NCBI RefSeq assembly: GCF_001564455.1
Contig: NZ_CP011391.1
Coordinates: forward strand, 1,560,001 to 1,592,000
Length of the DNA stretch: 32,000 bases
Direction of reading: 5' to 3'
Source: Faecalibaculum rodentium
Lineage (GTDB): Bacteria; Bacillota_I; Bacilli_A; Erysipelotrichales; Erysipelotrichaceae
The translations under genes were made by a program, and so were the position numbers. Below the pieces are notes generated by a model. It ran no database searches and was not told where the DNA came from. It saw only the letters and a program-made list of their open reading frames with translations. Numbering within the stretch: position 1 is the stretch's first letter; every line of letters begins with the position of its first letter. Below, piece after piece: positions 1 to 8,371 of this stretch.

Positions 1-1379
1 TACCACCAGCCGGAATCCTTGATCTGGCGCTCCATGGTGCCCAGGTCAAAGTCTTCCCGGTCCACATAGATGAAGCCATAGCGCTTGCGCATGCCTTCAT
101 GTGTGGAAATCAGGTCAATGGCGCTCCAGGGGTTGTAGCCCAGCATTTCGGCGCCATCGGTGATGGCTTCCTGAATCTGTTCGATGTGACGGCGCAGGTA
201 TTCGATCCGGTAGGGATCGTGGACCTTACCGTCTTCGCCCACCTTGTCATAGGCGCCCAGTCCGTTTTCCGTCACCAGCATCGGCAGGTCATAGCGCGAA
301 TCCATTTCGCGGATCGTCGCCCGGAAGCCGACGGGATCGATTTCCCAGCCAAACTCCGTCTGCTGCAGGTTGGGGTTGCGGTAGGACTTGTACATGCCGG
401 CCACACCGCCGCCATTCTGCTGATCGCCGCCGAAGGGGCTTTCTTCCACGCTTCCGTCATCGGCCTCCACTGTGCCGGTATTGTAGTAGTTGAAGCCGAT
501 GAAATCCGGGTGGCCGTTTTTCAGGGCTTCCTCATCGCCCGGTGCGAAGGTCGGGCAGGCATCGTTCTGTTTCAGCCACGCCCAGACAATGGAGTTGTAG
601 CGGCCGTATACCGCTGCATCCAGGTACAGCCAGTTGCGGACTGCGTTGAAATTCTGCGCCGCGATGACATCCTCGGGCTTGCATGTGGCGGGATATACCA
701 GGGAAATGTTCGGAGCCGGACCGATCTTGGCATTCGGCAGCATTTCGTGACACAGCACCATGGCCTTGCTCTGGGCCACGAGCATGTGGTGGTTCTGCTG
801 GTAGATTTCCTTCAGGACATTTTCCGTGCCTTCCGGAATCGTCAGGGTGCCGATCACCGGACCCACCAGTGTCAGCATGTTCTGTTCGTTGATCGTCAGC
901 CAGTATTTGACGCGGTCGCCGAAGCTTTCGTACAGCACCATGGCGTAGTTCACAAACCATTCCACCGACTCGGGGTTGCCCCAGGATCCACGGGCATCCA
1001 GCGCTGCCGGCATGTCAAAGTGGAACATCGTCACGATCGGCTCGATGCCGTACTTCAGGCATTCATTGATGACGTTGTTGTAGAACTCGATGCCCTTCTG
1101 GTTGATCTCGCCTGTGCCTTCCGGCAGGATGCGTGTCCAGGCAATGGAGAACCGGTAGGACTTGAAGCCCATGTCCGCCATCAGCTTGATGTCTTCCTTG
1201 TAATGGTGATAGTGATCGGCACATACAGTCAGGTCGGAGGTGCCTTCCGGCACTTCCTTTACATCCTGACAGGACGGGCCTTTGCCGTCTTCCAGACTGG
1301 CGCCTTCCACCTGATAGGCGGATGTGGAGGCTCCCCAGAAAAAGTCTTCGGGGAACGGTGCAAGTTTGCGTTCTTTCAT
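1..1379 (-). CDS. Glycoside hydrolase family 1, 6-phospho-beta-glucosidase type (C-terminal end runs off the window start)
   Basis: Absent from the ORF track because it is open to the window edge. My minus-strand translation from the ATG at 1379-1377 reads MKERKLAPFPEDFFWGASTSAYQVEGA...YRFSIAWTRILPEG...WLTINEQN...LPMLVTENGLG..., which are the GH1 signature blocks. A GAGGAG Shine-Dalgarno (SD) sits upstream. The + ORF 99..1559 is its antisense shadow. Confidence 0.9.
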   Translation of the reverse strand, partial: MKERKLAPFPEDFFWGASTSAYQVEGASLEDGKGPSCQDVKEVPEGTSDLTVCADHYHHYKEDIKLMADMGFKSYRFSIAWTRILPEGTGEINQKGIEFYNNVINECLKYGIEPIVTMFHFDMPAALDARGSWGNPESVEWFVNYAMVLYESFGDRVKYWLTINEQNMLTLVGPVIGTLTIPEGTENVLKEIYQQNHHMLVAQSKAMVLCHEMLPNAKIGPAPNISLVYPATCKPEDVIAAQNFNAVRNWLYLDAAVYGRYNSIVWAWLKQNDACPTFAPGDEEALKNGHPDFIGFNYYNTGTVEADDGSVEESPFGGDQQNGGGVAGMYKSYRNPNLQQTEFGWEIDPVGFRATIREMDSRYDLPMLVTENGLGAYDKVGEDGKVHDPYRIEYLRRHIEQIQEAITDGAEMLGYNPWSAIDLISTHEGMRKRYGFIYVDREDFDLGTMERQIKDSGWW

Positions 1380-1451
1380 TTCAATGTCTCCTCATACTTG
1401 TGTTGTACTGATGAATCTGCCGGCCAGGATGACCGGACATCCAAAGAAATA

Positions 1452-1492
1452 GCGGCAGGTCAGCAGGCATTCTGCCAGCCGATGCCTGCCGC
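1452..1492 (-). other. Two mutually exclusive hairpins between EIIC and the GH1 gene (possible intra-operon attenuator)
   Basis: On the RNA, GCGGCAGGCAU can pair with AUGCCUGC (8 bp, + coords 1463-1470/1482-1489). It can alternatively pair with CCUGCCGC (8 bp, 1452-1459/1485-1492), which is followed by UAUUUCUUU. Confidence 0.3.
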
Positions 1493-1506
1493 AGTGCATA
1501 TCAGGA

Positions 1507-2874
1507 TTATGCTGTTTCAGCCTGCGCTTCCGCTTCCGCCATTTCCTTTTCCTGTTTGACAAGCGACTTGTCATAGGCTTTCAGGAAAGGCCAGTAAATC
1601 AGGAAGGCAAATGTCACCGTGATCAGCGCCAGCAGTCCACCCATGAGGTTGGCTGTGCCAATGAAGCCGCCCAGCAGAGCAGGTGTCGGCCAGGGAACGT
1701 TGGCAATGACTGGCGGGAACATGCCGGAGTGAATGGCGAAGTAGGCAATCACGGAGGACAGGGACGGAGCCAGGATGAAGGGAATGATCAGGTTCGGGTT
1801 ATAGATGATGGGCACACCGAAGACCAGCGGCTCGTTGATGTTGAACAGGGCCGGACCAATGGATGCCTTGCCCAGTACGGACAGCTGTTCGGATTTCGCG
1901 CAGAAGCACATCCAGATACACATGCCCAGAGTCGCGCCGGAACCGCCGCAGACAACGTACATGTTCTGGAATTCACCGGCAAAGGTCGTGTATTCGCCGG
2001 AAGCGCCCTGCATGATCTTCATGTTGGTATCCAGGTTGGCCAGTGTGATCGGGGAATAGAAGGCAGAAATGATGTTCGCACCGTGAATGCCCACAGACCA
2101 CAGAGCGGAAATCAGGAAGTTGATGATGAATACGCCATACCAGGTGTCCGCAATGCCTGCAACGAAGCCGAAGGGTACGGATACGATGGTGAACAGGTCA
2201 TAGCCGATGCAGATCAGCAGACCGTTCAGGATCAGTACGACAAATGCGATGACAAAGCAGGGAATCAGGGCCGTGAAGGAGCGGGACACACCGGAGGGTA
2301 CCACATCCGGCAGCTTGATGGTCCAGTTTCTTCTGACGCATTCCTTGTACAGGAAGACCGCCAGGGTTGCCATCAGGATGCCCACGAAGATGCCGGATGA
2401 TCCCAGACGGCTGGCAAAGTCGCCATAGAGCACGCCGTTGATATAGTTTTCGCCTTCCTTGAGGGTGAAGACGCCGCCATCCGCAATGGTCAGTTCGGCC
2501 ATGGTCATCAGGAACGCCATCATGCCAAGCAGAGCGCCGTTGAGCGGTGTCAGGTTCAGCTTGTATTCCTGTGCCTTGATCTGTGTCAGCTCAAAGCCCA
2601 TGACAATGTTGAAGTACAGTGCCAGCACACCCATGGTGAAGCGGTTGGCCAGCATGTACAGGGCGTTGATCTTGTCGAAGGAAACAGCCCATACACCTTC
2701 CAGGAAGGGGAACGCCTGAGGCAGAATGCCCAGGATCAGGAATGCGGATCCCACGATGGTGAAGGGGATCGTTGCCATACCGGCAGCCATGATGGCGCGG
2801 ACAAACTGTTTCTGGGACAGAATCCCCATCGGGCCCATCAGATACTTGTCCAGAAATTCAAAGACCTTGTTCAT
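1507..2874 (-). CDS. PTS lactose/cellobiose-family EIIC permease
   Basis: 455 aa polytopic membrane protein. N-terminus MNKVFEFLDKYLMGPMGILSQKQFVRAI... and overall layout are typical of CelB/LicC-type EIIC. It sits with EIIA, EIIB and a phospho-beta-glucosidase. Confidence 0.9.
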   Translation of the reverse strand: MNKVFEFLDKYLMGPMGILSQKQFVRAIMAAGMATIPFTIVGSAFLILGILPQAFPFLEGVWAVSFDKINALYMLANRFTMGVLALYFNIVMGFELTQIKAQEYKLNLTPLNGALLGMMAFLMTMAELTIADGGVFTLKEGENYINGVLYGDFASRLGSSGIFVGILMATLAVFLYKECVRRNWTIKLPDVVPSGVSRSFTALIPCFVIAFVVLILNGLLICIGYDLFTIVSVPFGFVAGIADTWYGVFIINFLISALWSVGIHGANIISAFYSPITLANLDTNMKIMQGASGEYTTFAGEFQNMYVVCGGSGATLGMCIWMCFCAKSEQLSVLGKASIGPALFNINEPLVFGVPIIYNPNLIIPFILAPSLSSVIAYFAIHSGMFPPVIANVPWPTPALLGGFIGTANLMGGLLALITVTFAFLIYWPFLKAYDKSLVKQEKEMAEAEAQAETA

Positions 2875-3081
2875 ATGTAATCTCTTCTCTTATATTCCTT
2901 TTGTCAAAGAATGCAGATTCTCCGGGAATGAAACCGGGTTTCGTGCCGGCCGAAACGGCTGGTAGCAGCGTGTCCGGTCAAACATATGTCCATTTCCCGC
3001 AGGAAGTGCATAATGGTGGTTGAACAGCTGTACCGGTCATTGTCAGTGGTGGGTGCAGACTGTCATGCCCGGCTGCGGATC

Positions 3082-3600
3082 TCAGATCTGCAGCCTGTAT
3101 TTTTCTTCGAAGAAGCGGATGCGTGCCAGCTGTTTGTCCCTTCCCGCCTCGATTTTGTCAAGACGGCGCAGGCAAAGCACACAGAGGACGCCGCCGGCTG
3201 CCAGCAGCACAGTGGCCAGGATGCGGGCGGCCAGCACATCCGCAAAGAATGGCAGCACACTGCTCATGGGCGCCATCCAGCAGACCAGGCACAGGCCGCA
3301 GTTGAACACCAGCTGGACCATGTAGTAGCGGCGGGTCCATTTCACCGACGGTTCGGCCTTGCCGTACATGTTGCCCAGTTCCCACATGGGAAGTGCGGCA
3401 AATACCAGCAGAGCAGCAGCGGCATATCCAGTGAAGGTCTGCCAGGACAGGAATGCCAGGAAGAAACTGGCAAATACCATCACAGCGAGTATGTACCGAA
3501 CCATGAGAAACCGGTTGAAGTACATGGTTTTCAGGCTGGAAATCTTCTTGTTTCTGTCCAGCTGGGACTGCGACAGTTTCTGTTTGTTCTTCTTGGACAT
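3082..3600 (-). CDS. Hypothetical small membrane protein (about 4 TM, basic N-terminus) embedded in the PTS operon
   Basis: 172 aa ORF with an AAGGA-type SD. It has hydrophobic segments (RYILAVMVFASFFLAFLSW, AAAALLVFAALPMW, LVFNCGLCLVCWMAP, ILATVLLAAGGVLCVLCL). I recognise no family. Confidence 0.6.
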   Translation of the reverse strand: MSKKNKQKLSQSQLDRNKKISSLKTMYFNRFLMVRYILAVMVFASFFLAFLSWQTFTGYAAAALLVFAALPMWELGNMYGKAEPSVKWTRRYYMVQLVFNCGLCLVCWMAPMSSVLPFFADVLAARILATVLLAAGGVLCVLCLRRLDKIEAGRDKQLARIRFFEEKYRLQI

Positions 3601-3648
3601 ATCCTTATTCCTTTCCCGCTTCCGGCGATCCGGGATGATCCCGGCTCT

Positions 3649-4002
3649 CTACTCTTCTTCCAGCGGCAGCACGCCGGCTTTTTCCAGACCCTTGCAGAGC
3701 ATTTTCATCTCCTGGGCCACTTCCTTGAGTGTCATGGTGGTCATCAGGTGATCCTGTGCGTGGACCATGATGATCTGGATTTCGATTTCAGTTCCGTTGG
3801 CAAATGCGTGCAGCAGGTCGGTCTGGGCTTTGTGGGCCTGGACAAGCTGTTCATCTGCCTCATTCAGTTTTTCATCCGCAAGCTGGAATTCACCTTTCCG
3901 CATCGCTTCCATGGCTTCGTGCACCAGGGCACGGGCCATGCCGGAGTAGGAAATGATGGTGAACGCGACAAGCTGGGATTCCTGTACGTCCATTTTCGGC
4001 AT
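3649..4002 (-). CDS. PTS lactose/cellobiose-family EIIA
   Basis: 117 aa. Helical-bundle EIIA pattern ...IISYSGMARALVHEAMEA...AHKAQTDLL...IIMVHAQDHLMTTMT... with the conserved HAQDHLM histidine context. AGGAAGGA SD upstream. Confidence 0.9.
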   Translation of the reverse strand: MPKMDVQESQLVAFTIISYSGMARALVHEAMEAMRKGEFQLADEKLNEADEQLVQAHKAQTDLLHAFANGTEIEIQIIMVHAQDHLMTTMTLKEVAQEMKMLCKGLEKAGVLPLEEE

Positions 4003-4068
4003 AGAGTTCCTTCCTGATTCGTATTCCCTTTCTGAGTCATGCTTGAGATTGGTGCCTGTCAGGCGATG

Positions 4069-6060
4069 TCAGGCCGTCTCGATCAGAGAACCGAGAATGC
4101 GGCCGAAGACATCGAATGACTGTTCCTGCAGGATCTGTTCCTGCAGAACGGGTTCTTCCATCAAAGAGACAATGGCGCCGGTGACTTTCGGCAGGTTCCG
4201 GTTCTCCACGTAGGAGGGAGACATGAGGAACACAAACCGGATCGCCGGATGGGATTCGTTCCAGTACATGCCTTCCGGAATCAGCGCCAGGGCCAGTCTT
4301 GCGACCTTTGAGAGCGGTACGGCCGGATGCGGCACGGCAATGGTGTCACTGAACACCAGCGATCCCATCTGGGACCGCAGCCGGATCTGTTCCCGCATGT
4401 GGTCGGCAAAGCTGTCCTTTTCATAGCAGGCAAGTGTCTCCACCAGGTCGCTCAGTACCTGATCGCGCTCCGGATGGCCTTTGTAGACGCGGAAATCCTC
4501 TTCCGAGAAATAGCAGTCGAAGATCTCCTTCTGGCTTTTTGATGCCGGTCTGGCGGCTGCCGGCTCCTTCTTTTCCGGTCCGGCTTTTTCCTGGTCGATG
4601 AAGCGCTGGATGTTCTGCACGTCTTCCTCTCCGAGAAACACCGAAACATGAATGAAGGGAACCCCGAAAATGACCGGTCCGATATTCACGCTGGAGATGA
4701 TGAGATCGATCCCCTGGAGAATGTCGTCACTCATTTCGTAATAGCCGGTTTCCGTGACAATGTGCAGGCTGTCGGAGAAATGCTTCATCAGCCGGGACTT
4801 CAGCAGCTGGCTGGACCCGTATCCCGTGGCACAGACCACCAGGACCTGCAGTTTCCGCTTCTCTTTCTGCCGTTCCAGCGCTGCCATGATATGCAGTGCC
4901 AGATATGCCCATTCGTCGTCGTCAATGTCATACCGGCGAAGACAAGGCATGGCGCCGAAGTACTTGCGGATGACTTTCATCAGATCCGGCTGGTCACGCA
5001 GGATGTCCTGCGTCAGGGGATTCTTCTGGGGAAGTCCCCGCATCAGACGCACCACCATCGGACGAAGGTGTTCCAGCAGGCTGGAGACCAGCTGCGGATC
5101 CTCGTCCAGCTGCATTACGTCATCTTCCGCGAGCTGGGACAGGACCGTTTTCACCTCCTGTTCCAAATGCTCGCCCTGCGCAGGCTGCCTGGTTGCCCAG
5201 CTGCCTTTGCCGGAGAGATGGAGTGCCAGATAGGAGACTTCTTCCGCGGGATACTCCCCGCCGGTCATTCCCGACAGCCGCCGGAAAATGGCGCTGGATG
5301 CCTGATATTCCGAGCTCTGTTCGAAGGCCGGCGGCAGCACTGCGTGCTCGGGCCTCAGCCCTGCCTGCATGCGCTTGACGGACAGAGCCAGATGCAGAAG
5401 CACATTCTGCACCATGATGTCCGACAGCCGGATCCCGAACTGCCTGGATTCATCCAGAACCATCCGAAGAAGCTGTTCTGTGGGAATGTCGTCAAAGTAC
5501 CCGGAATGATCCATGTACTCCTGGATGGAATTGAAGGTGGAGGAGCGGAAGAAATAGTCCATGATCAGCGCCCGCTTGCTGGTTTCATCTCCATGAATGC
5601 TGATCCCTGCCGGACCGGAGTCAAACACCAGTCCGTATTCATCCAGCATGCCCCTAAGCTGATAGAGTTCCTTTTTCAGGGTGCTGGTGCTGACATACAG
5701 CCGCTCGGCTGTCTCTTCCGCCTGCAGGGTCTCTCCGTTGAGGAGAAGACGCTGCATGAGATACCGCCGCCGCTCCTGTGCGCTGTCAGGAGTCTGCGCC
5801 GTTTTGCGGGTGGTTTCTGTTCCCGGTGTGCCCGCCAGCACGGCAAACTGAACCGGGCGCCTGAGCAGGAGCCTGTAGCCGTTTCCCTGCTTGGCCAGGA
5901 TTTCCCCGCCGTTTTCCGTGATCACCGGCTCCATCCGCCGGATGTAGCTGCGTACTGTCCGTTCGGATATATGCAGAGCCTGGGCCAGCTCCCTCCCTGT
6001 CAGAAACCGGTTCTGATTCTGATACAGCAGGGACAGAAGCTCTTTTTCTTTCGGCTTCAC
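4069..6060 (-). CDS. LicR/MtlR-type PRD-containing transcriptional regulator (HTH, 2 PRD, EIIB-like, EIIA-like domains)
   Basis: 663 aa. N-terminal HTH (FLTGRELAQALHISERTVRSYIRRM), PRD-like VLLHLALSVKR and YLALHL segments. EIIB(Gat/BglG-type) motif VLVVCATGYGSSQLL and a C-terminal EIIA(Mtl/Fru)-like TIAVPHP block. Apparent GTG start at 6060. Confidence 0.85.
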   Translation of the reverse strand: MKPKEKELLSLLYQNQNRFLTGRELAQALHISERTVRSYIRRMEPVITENGGEILAKQGNGYRLLLRRPVQFAVLAGTPGTETTRKTAQTPDSAQERRRYLMQRLLLNGETLQAEETAERLYVSTSTLKKELYQLRGMLDEYGLVFDSGPAGISIHGDETSKRALIMDYFFRSSTFNSIQEYMDHSGYFDDIPTEQLLRMVLDESRQFGIRLSDIMVQNVLLHLALSVKRMQAGLRPEHAVLPPAFEQSSEYQASSAIFRRLSGMTGGEYPAEEVSYLALHLSGKGSWATRQPAQGEHLEQEVKTVLSQLAEDDVMQLDEDPQLVSSLLEHLRPMVVRLMRGLPQKNPLTQDILRDQPDLMKVIRKYFGAMPCLRRYDIDDDEWAYLALHIMAALERQKEKRKLQVLVVCATGYGSSQLLKSRLMKHFSDSLHIVTETGYYEMSDDILQGIDLIISSVNIGPVIFGVPFIHVSVFLGEEDVQNIQRFIDQEKAGPEKKEPAAARPASKSQKEIFDCYFSEEDFRVYKGHPERDQVLSDLVETLACYEKDSFADHMREQIRLRSQMGSLVFSDTIAVPHPAVPLSKVARLALALIPEGMYWNESHPAIRFVFLMSPSYVENRNLPKVTGAIVSLMEEPVLQEQILQEQSFDVFGRILGSLIETA

Positions 6061-6077
6061 ACGCCGGGTCCCTGTCG

Positions 6078-6392
6078 TCAGATTTCCTTGACGACCAGGT
6101 CGTGCATCTTGGCGATGCCCATGGGAACAGGGATGTAGGCCTGAGGAGGAATCGGGATGACCTTGGAGCCGACTTCTTCACCGATCTTCTGGAAGTTCTT
6201 CAGGTACATCTTGGTCTGGGGACTGATCAGATACAGGTCGAATGCCTTGTCCTTGATCAGCTGTTCGCCTTCGATGACACCCACTGCAGTCACTTCCACA
6301 TCGTGGTTCTTGGCCTGCAGGGATTCTGAGGTTTTCTTGGCGATCATGGAGCTGGACATACCGCCAACGCAGATAATCAGAGCTTTTTTCAT
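6078..6392 (-). CDS. PTS lactose/cellobiose-family EIIB
   Basis: 104 aa. MKKALIICVGGMSSSMIAKK... carries the active-site Cys loop of cellobiose-type EIIB. GGAAAGGA SD upstream. Confidence 0.9.
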   Translation of the reverse strand: MKKALIICVGGMSSSMIAKKTSESLQAKNHDVEVTAVGVIEGEQLIKDKAFDLYLISPQTKMYLKNFQKIGEEVGSKVIPIPPQAYIPVPMGIAKMHDLVVKEI

Positions 6393-6506
6393 AATGGTAT
6401 CCTTTCCGGGGACTTCCTGATCTTCCCCTGGACCACCGGCCGCTCAGTTGCCGGGGCCTGTGTCAAGGGCCGCATCACTGCCGCTCTTTACAGCTTCATG
6501 ATAATA

Positions 6507-6520
6507 GCAAAGCGCTTTCA
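6507..6520. promoter_or_regulatory. Candidate cre (CcpA) operator upstream of the PTS operon
   Basis: GCAAAGCGCTTTCA differs from a perfect palindrome TGAAAGCGCTTTCA only at the two outer left positions. It keeps the AAGCGCTT core of the cre consensus. It abuts a minus-strand TATTAT hexamer (6501-6506). Confidence 0.35.
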
Positions 6521-6761
6521 AATCATCTATAAAATTGCCGTTTCGATACGGCAAAAACTGTAACATTATGCGGCAGTCTGACACTTGACTTTCCGCAGTC
6601 CTCTGCCGGTGTTTTTTGTGTATTTCCACGGCCGTCTCCTCTCGTTTCAGGGCCGGATTTGTTCTCTGCAGGGAAGGATCCGGGCAGTCCTTCCGGACTT
6701 TTGTTCCAGATGAACCACCTGCGGCGGCCTGAACGCTTTCCGTATGCCCGCTGTACCGGAA

Positions 6762-6816
6762 TTTGCCGCATTGCAGGAACAAGGATTGCCGCATCGCCGT
6801 CTGACAGATTGCCGCA
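6762..6816. repeat. Three direct copies of (A/T)TTGCCGCA at exact 23-bp phasing
   Basis: TTGCCGCA lies at 6763-6770, 6786-6793 and 6809-6816. Copies 2 and 3 share the 10-mer GATTGCCGCA. Related TGCCGCA/TGCGGCA words recur through 6460-6880. Confidence 0.6.
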
Positions 6817-6832
6817 ACCTGTTGCGGACAGC

Positions 6833-6892
6833 AAAAAACTGCCGCACCGGCAGCATCGCGAAGATGTGCCGGTGCGGCAGTCTTCTGTTTTC
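6833..6892 (-). terminator. Strong bidirectional rho-independent terminator ending the upstream seven-gene operon
   Basis: Perfect 14-bp arms CTGCCGCACCGGCA (6839-6852) and TGCCGGTGCGGCAG (6867-6880). The stem extends by CATC/GATG around a GCGAA loop. A6 lies on one side (U6 on the minus-strand RNA) and TCTTCTGTTTTC on the other. Confidence 0.8.
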
Positions 6893-6921
6893 ATTGCAGA
6901 AGATGGATCCATTCGTTCTTC

Positions 6922-7311
6922 TCACTTCTGTCCGGTCAGGGACAGCAGGCGGATGCCGTCATGGCCGGCCCGCATGGCGGTCTGCATCAGATCCGCAGGA
7001 TCCTGACCGCTTTCCAGCATCGGCAGGATTTCCAGCAGCATCGGCTGACTGGCACCGGCCAGGATCCAGGCATTGTCCCGTCCGCGGCAGGTCAGTGCAG
7101 CAACCTGAAACGGGGTGCCGCCGGCCAGGTCGCAGAACACGAAAACCGGGTCAGTCCCGTCCAGGACCTCTTTCAGCCGCAGGGTCAGACTGTTGGTGTC
7201 ACCGTCGAAATCCACAGCCTGCAGGCAGTCCCTTTCCCCGGCCACCATGTCCAGGCCGGCTTTGGCTCCGCTGGCCCAGGTCCCATGTCCGGTCAGCACG
7301 ACTCTGATCAT
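6922..7311 (-). CDS. EIIA(Man)/DhaM-family PTS-like phosphotransfer protein, orphan (no cognate EIIB/C/D nearby)
   Basis: 129 aa. MIRVVLTGHGTWASGAKAGLDMVAG...VFVFCDLAGGTPFQVA parallels the ManX IIA pattern IVIGTHGWAAEQLLKTAEMLLG...LFLVDTWGGSPFNAA, including the phosphorylatable His (TGHG). The ATGA overlaps the upstream gene. Confidence 0.75.
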   Translation of the reverse strand: MIRVVLTGHGTWASGAKAGLDMVAGERDCLQAVDFDGDTNSLTLRLKEVLDGTDPVFVFCDLAGGTPFQVAALTCRGRDNAWILAGASQPMLLEILPMLESGQDPADLMQTAMRAGHDGIRLLSLTGQK

Positions 7312-8369
7312 GCGTCGATCACATCCTCCAGCCTGGCTTTCTCCATCCAGGAATCCAGGCTCATCCGGATGTCCCGCGGACCGTCGTCCAGGGAAATGTT
7401 GTGCTTCGCCGCCGTGAAGACCACCAGCACTTCAAACACCGTCAGGAAGGCAAATGCCGCATACACATTGTGGCGCGCCATGAGCAGCTTCAGGTCCAGG
7501 ACACCGTCGGCACGGATTTCCTCTTCGTGCCTGGCTTCCACAGCCAGCACCAGCTGACCCTCCCGGCGCAGGACACGGGTGAGTTCCACCTGCTCTTTTT
7601 TCAGGGACGGGTCATCCGGAAAATACAGCAGGTTCAGCGGCTGTCCGTCATAGGGCAGGCCGGTATACGGTGAAACAAAGGCGGCTTTCATGACGCCGGT
7701 CATTTCCTTCATGCCATGGCGCTTCTGTCGGATGTTGAAGCCCACAGCCCGTATGGCCGGATAGCTGTGGTGGTCCGCAAAGTCCTCCAGCACCGGGGCA
7801 TTCTGGTTCAGGACCTGGCTGGCAGAATGGATCATGTCATCCAGCTGCAGGTCGTCCAGGATTTCCAGGTGCAGAGTCATGAACGCAGCCAGGATCAGGC
7901 TGGTGAGTCCGGCTTTCGGTACCACCAGGCCATACATGTTGTGCAGGCCTTCTGCTGCCCGGATCAGCGGGCTTTTTTCATCCCCAGTCACGATCACGTG
8001 GAGCACGGGCTCCGGCTGCCTGTCAATGACTTCCGCCAGCTCCATTGTGTTGCCGTCGGTTTCCAGGCTGATCAGAACGGTGTTTTTGTCAGCCGGCAGC
8101 GTTTCACCCTGTGCCAGCCAGCGGGTTTCGTATTTTACGTCCGTGTCCGCCCAGTCAAACACTGTCTTGGTGAGCACACCATCCAGTCCGCAGAAGGCAA
8201 TGGTCAAATCCGGTCTGGGCAGAGCAGGTTCCATGAAGGCCCTGAGGGCATCCTTCTGGTCCCGGACCTGTTTCTGCGTCCGTTTCCATGCTGCGGGCTG
8301 CGCGCAGAGCGCCTTGACGGTTTCGAGACACTCCTTTTCCTCCCAGTAACTGTTTTTCTTTCCCAGCAT
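7308..8369 (-). CDS. AgaS/FrlB-like double-SIS-fold protein with degenerate phosphosugar-binding loops (function unknown)
   Basis: About 353 aa. By eye it follows the AgaS layout: YWEEKE...CAQPAAWKRT versus WTEEEIRHQPRAW, LTIAFCGLDGV versus LRIILTGAGTS, VLISLETDGNTMELAEV versus LLISFGRSGNSPESVAAV. ATG at 8369 has a GAGGTG SD 8 nt upstream; the alternative GTG at 8375 overlaps the upstream stop. Confidence 0.5.
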   Translation of the reverse strand: MLGKKNSYWEEKECLETVKALCAQPAAWKRTQKQVRDQKDALRAFMEPALPRPDLTIAFCGLDGVLTKTVFDWADTDVKYETRWLAQGETLPADKNTVLISLETDGNTMELAEVIDRQPEPVLHVIVTGDEKSPLIRAAEGLHNMYGLVVPKAGLTSLILAAFMTLHLEILDDLQLDDMIHSASQVLNQNAPVLEDFADHHSYPAIRAVGFNIRQKRHGMKEMTGVMKAAFVSPYTGLPYDGQPLNLLYFPDDPSLKKEQVELTRVLRREGQLVLAVEARHEEEIRADGVLDLKLLMARHNVYAAFAFLTVFEVLVVFTAAKHNISLDDGPRDIRMSLDSWMEKARLEDVIDA

Positions 8370-8371
8370 GG

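Noticed and set aside
99-1559. Long plus-strand ORF (486 aa). Similar long ORFs opposite annotated genes include 4648..6138, 7716..8723, 9999..11354, 11156..12673, 13087..14109, 19381..20769, 23345..24673 (-) and 24575..25609.
   Set aside because: Each lies antisense to a gene whose product I recognise from family motifs. Their translations are low-complexity and rich in R/H/G/P/Q, with no recognisable motifs or SD sequences. Long antisense ORFs are expected in GC-rich DNA.
6809-6821. Identical 13-mer TTGCCGCAACCTG at 6809-6821 and 28465-28477 as evidence of a shared regulatory element
   Set aside because: In a 32-kb window a handful of 13-mer coincidences are expected by chance (roughly N^2/2 divided by 4^13, i.e. 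several), and the word is GC-rich like the genome. Only the local phased clustering is reported as a finding.
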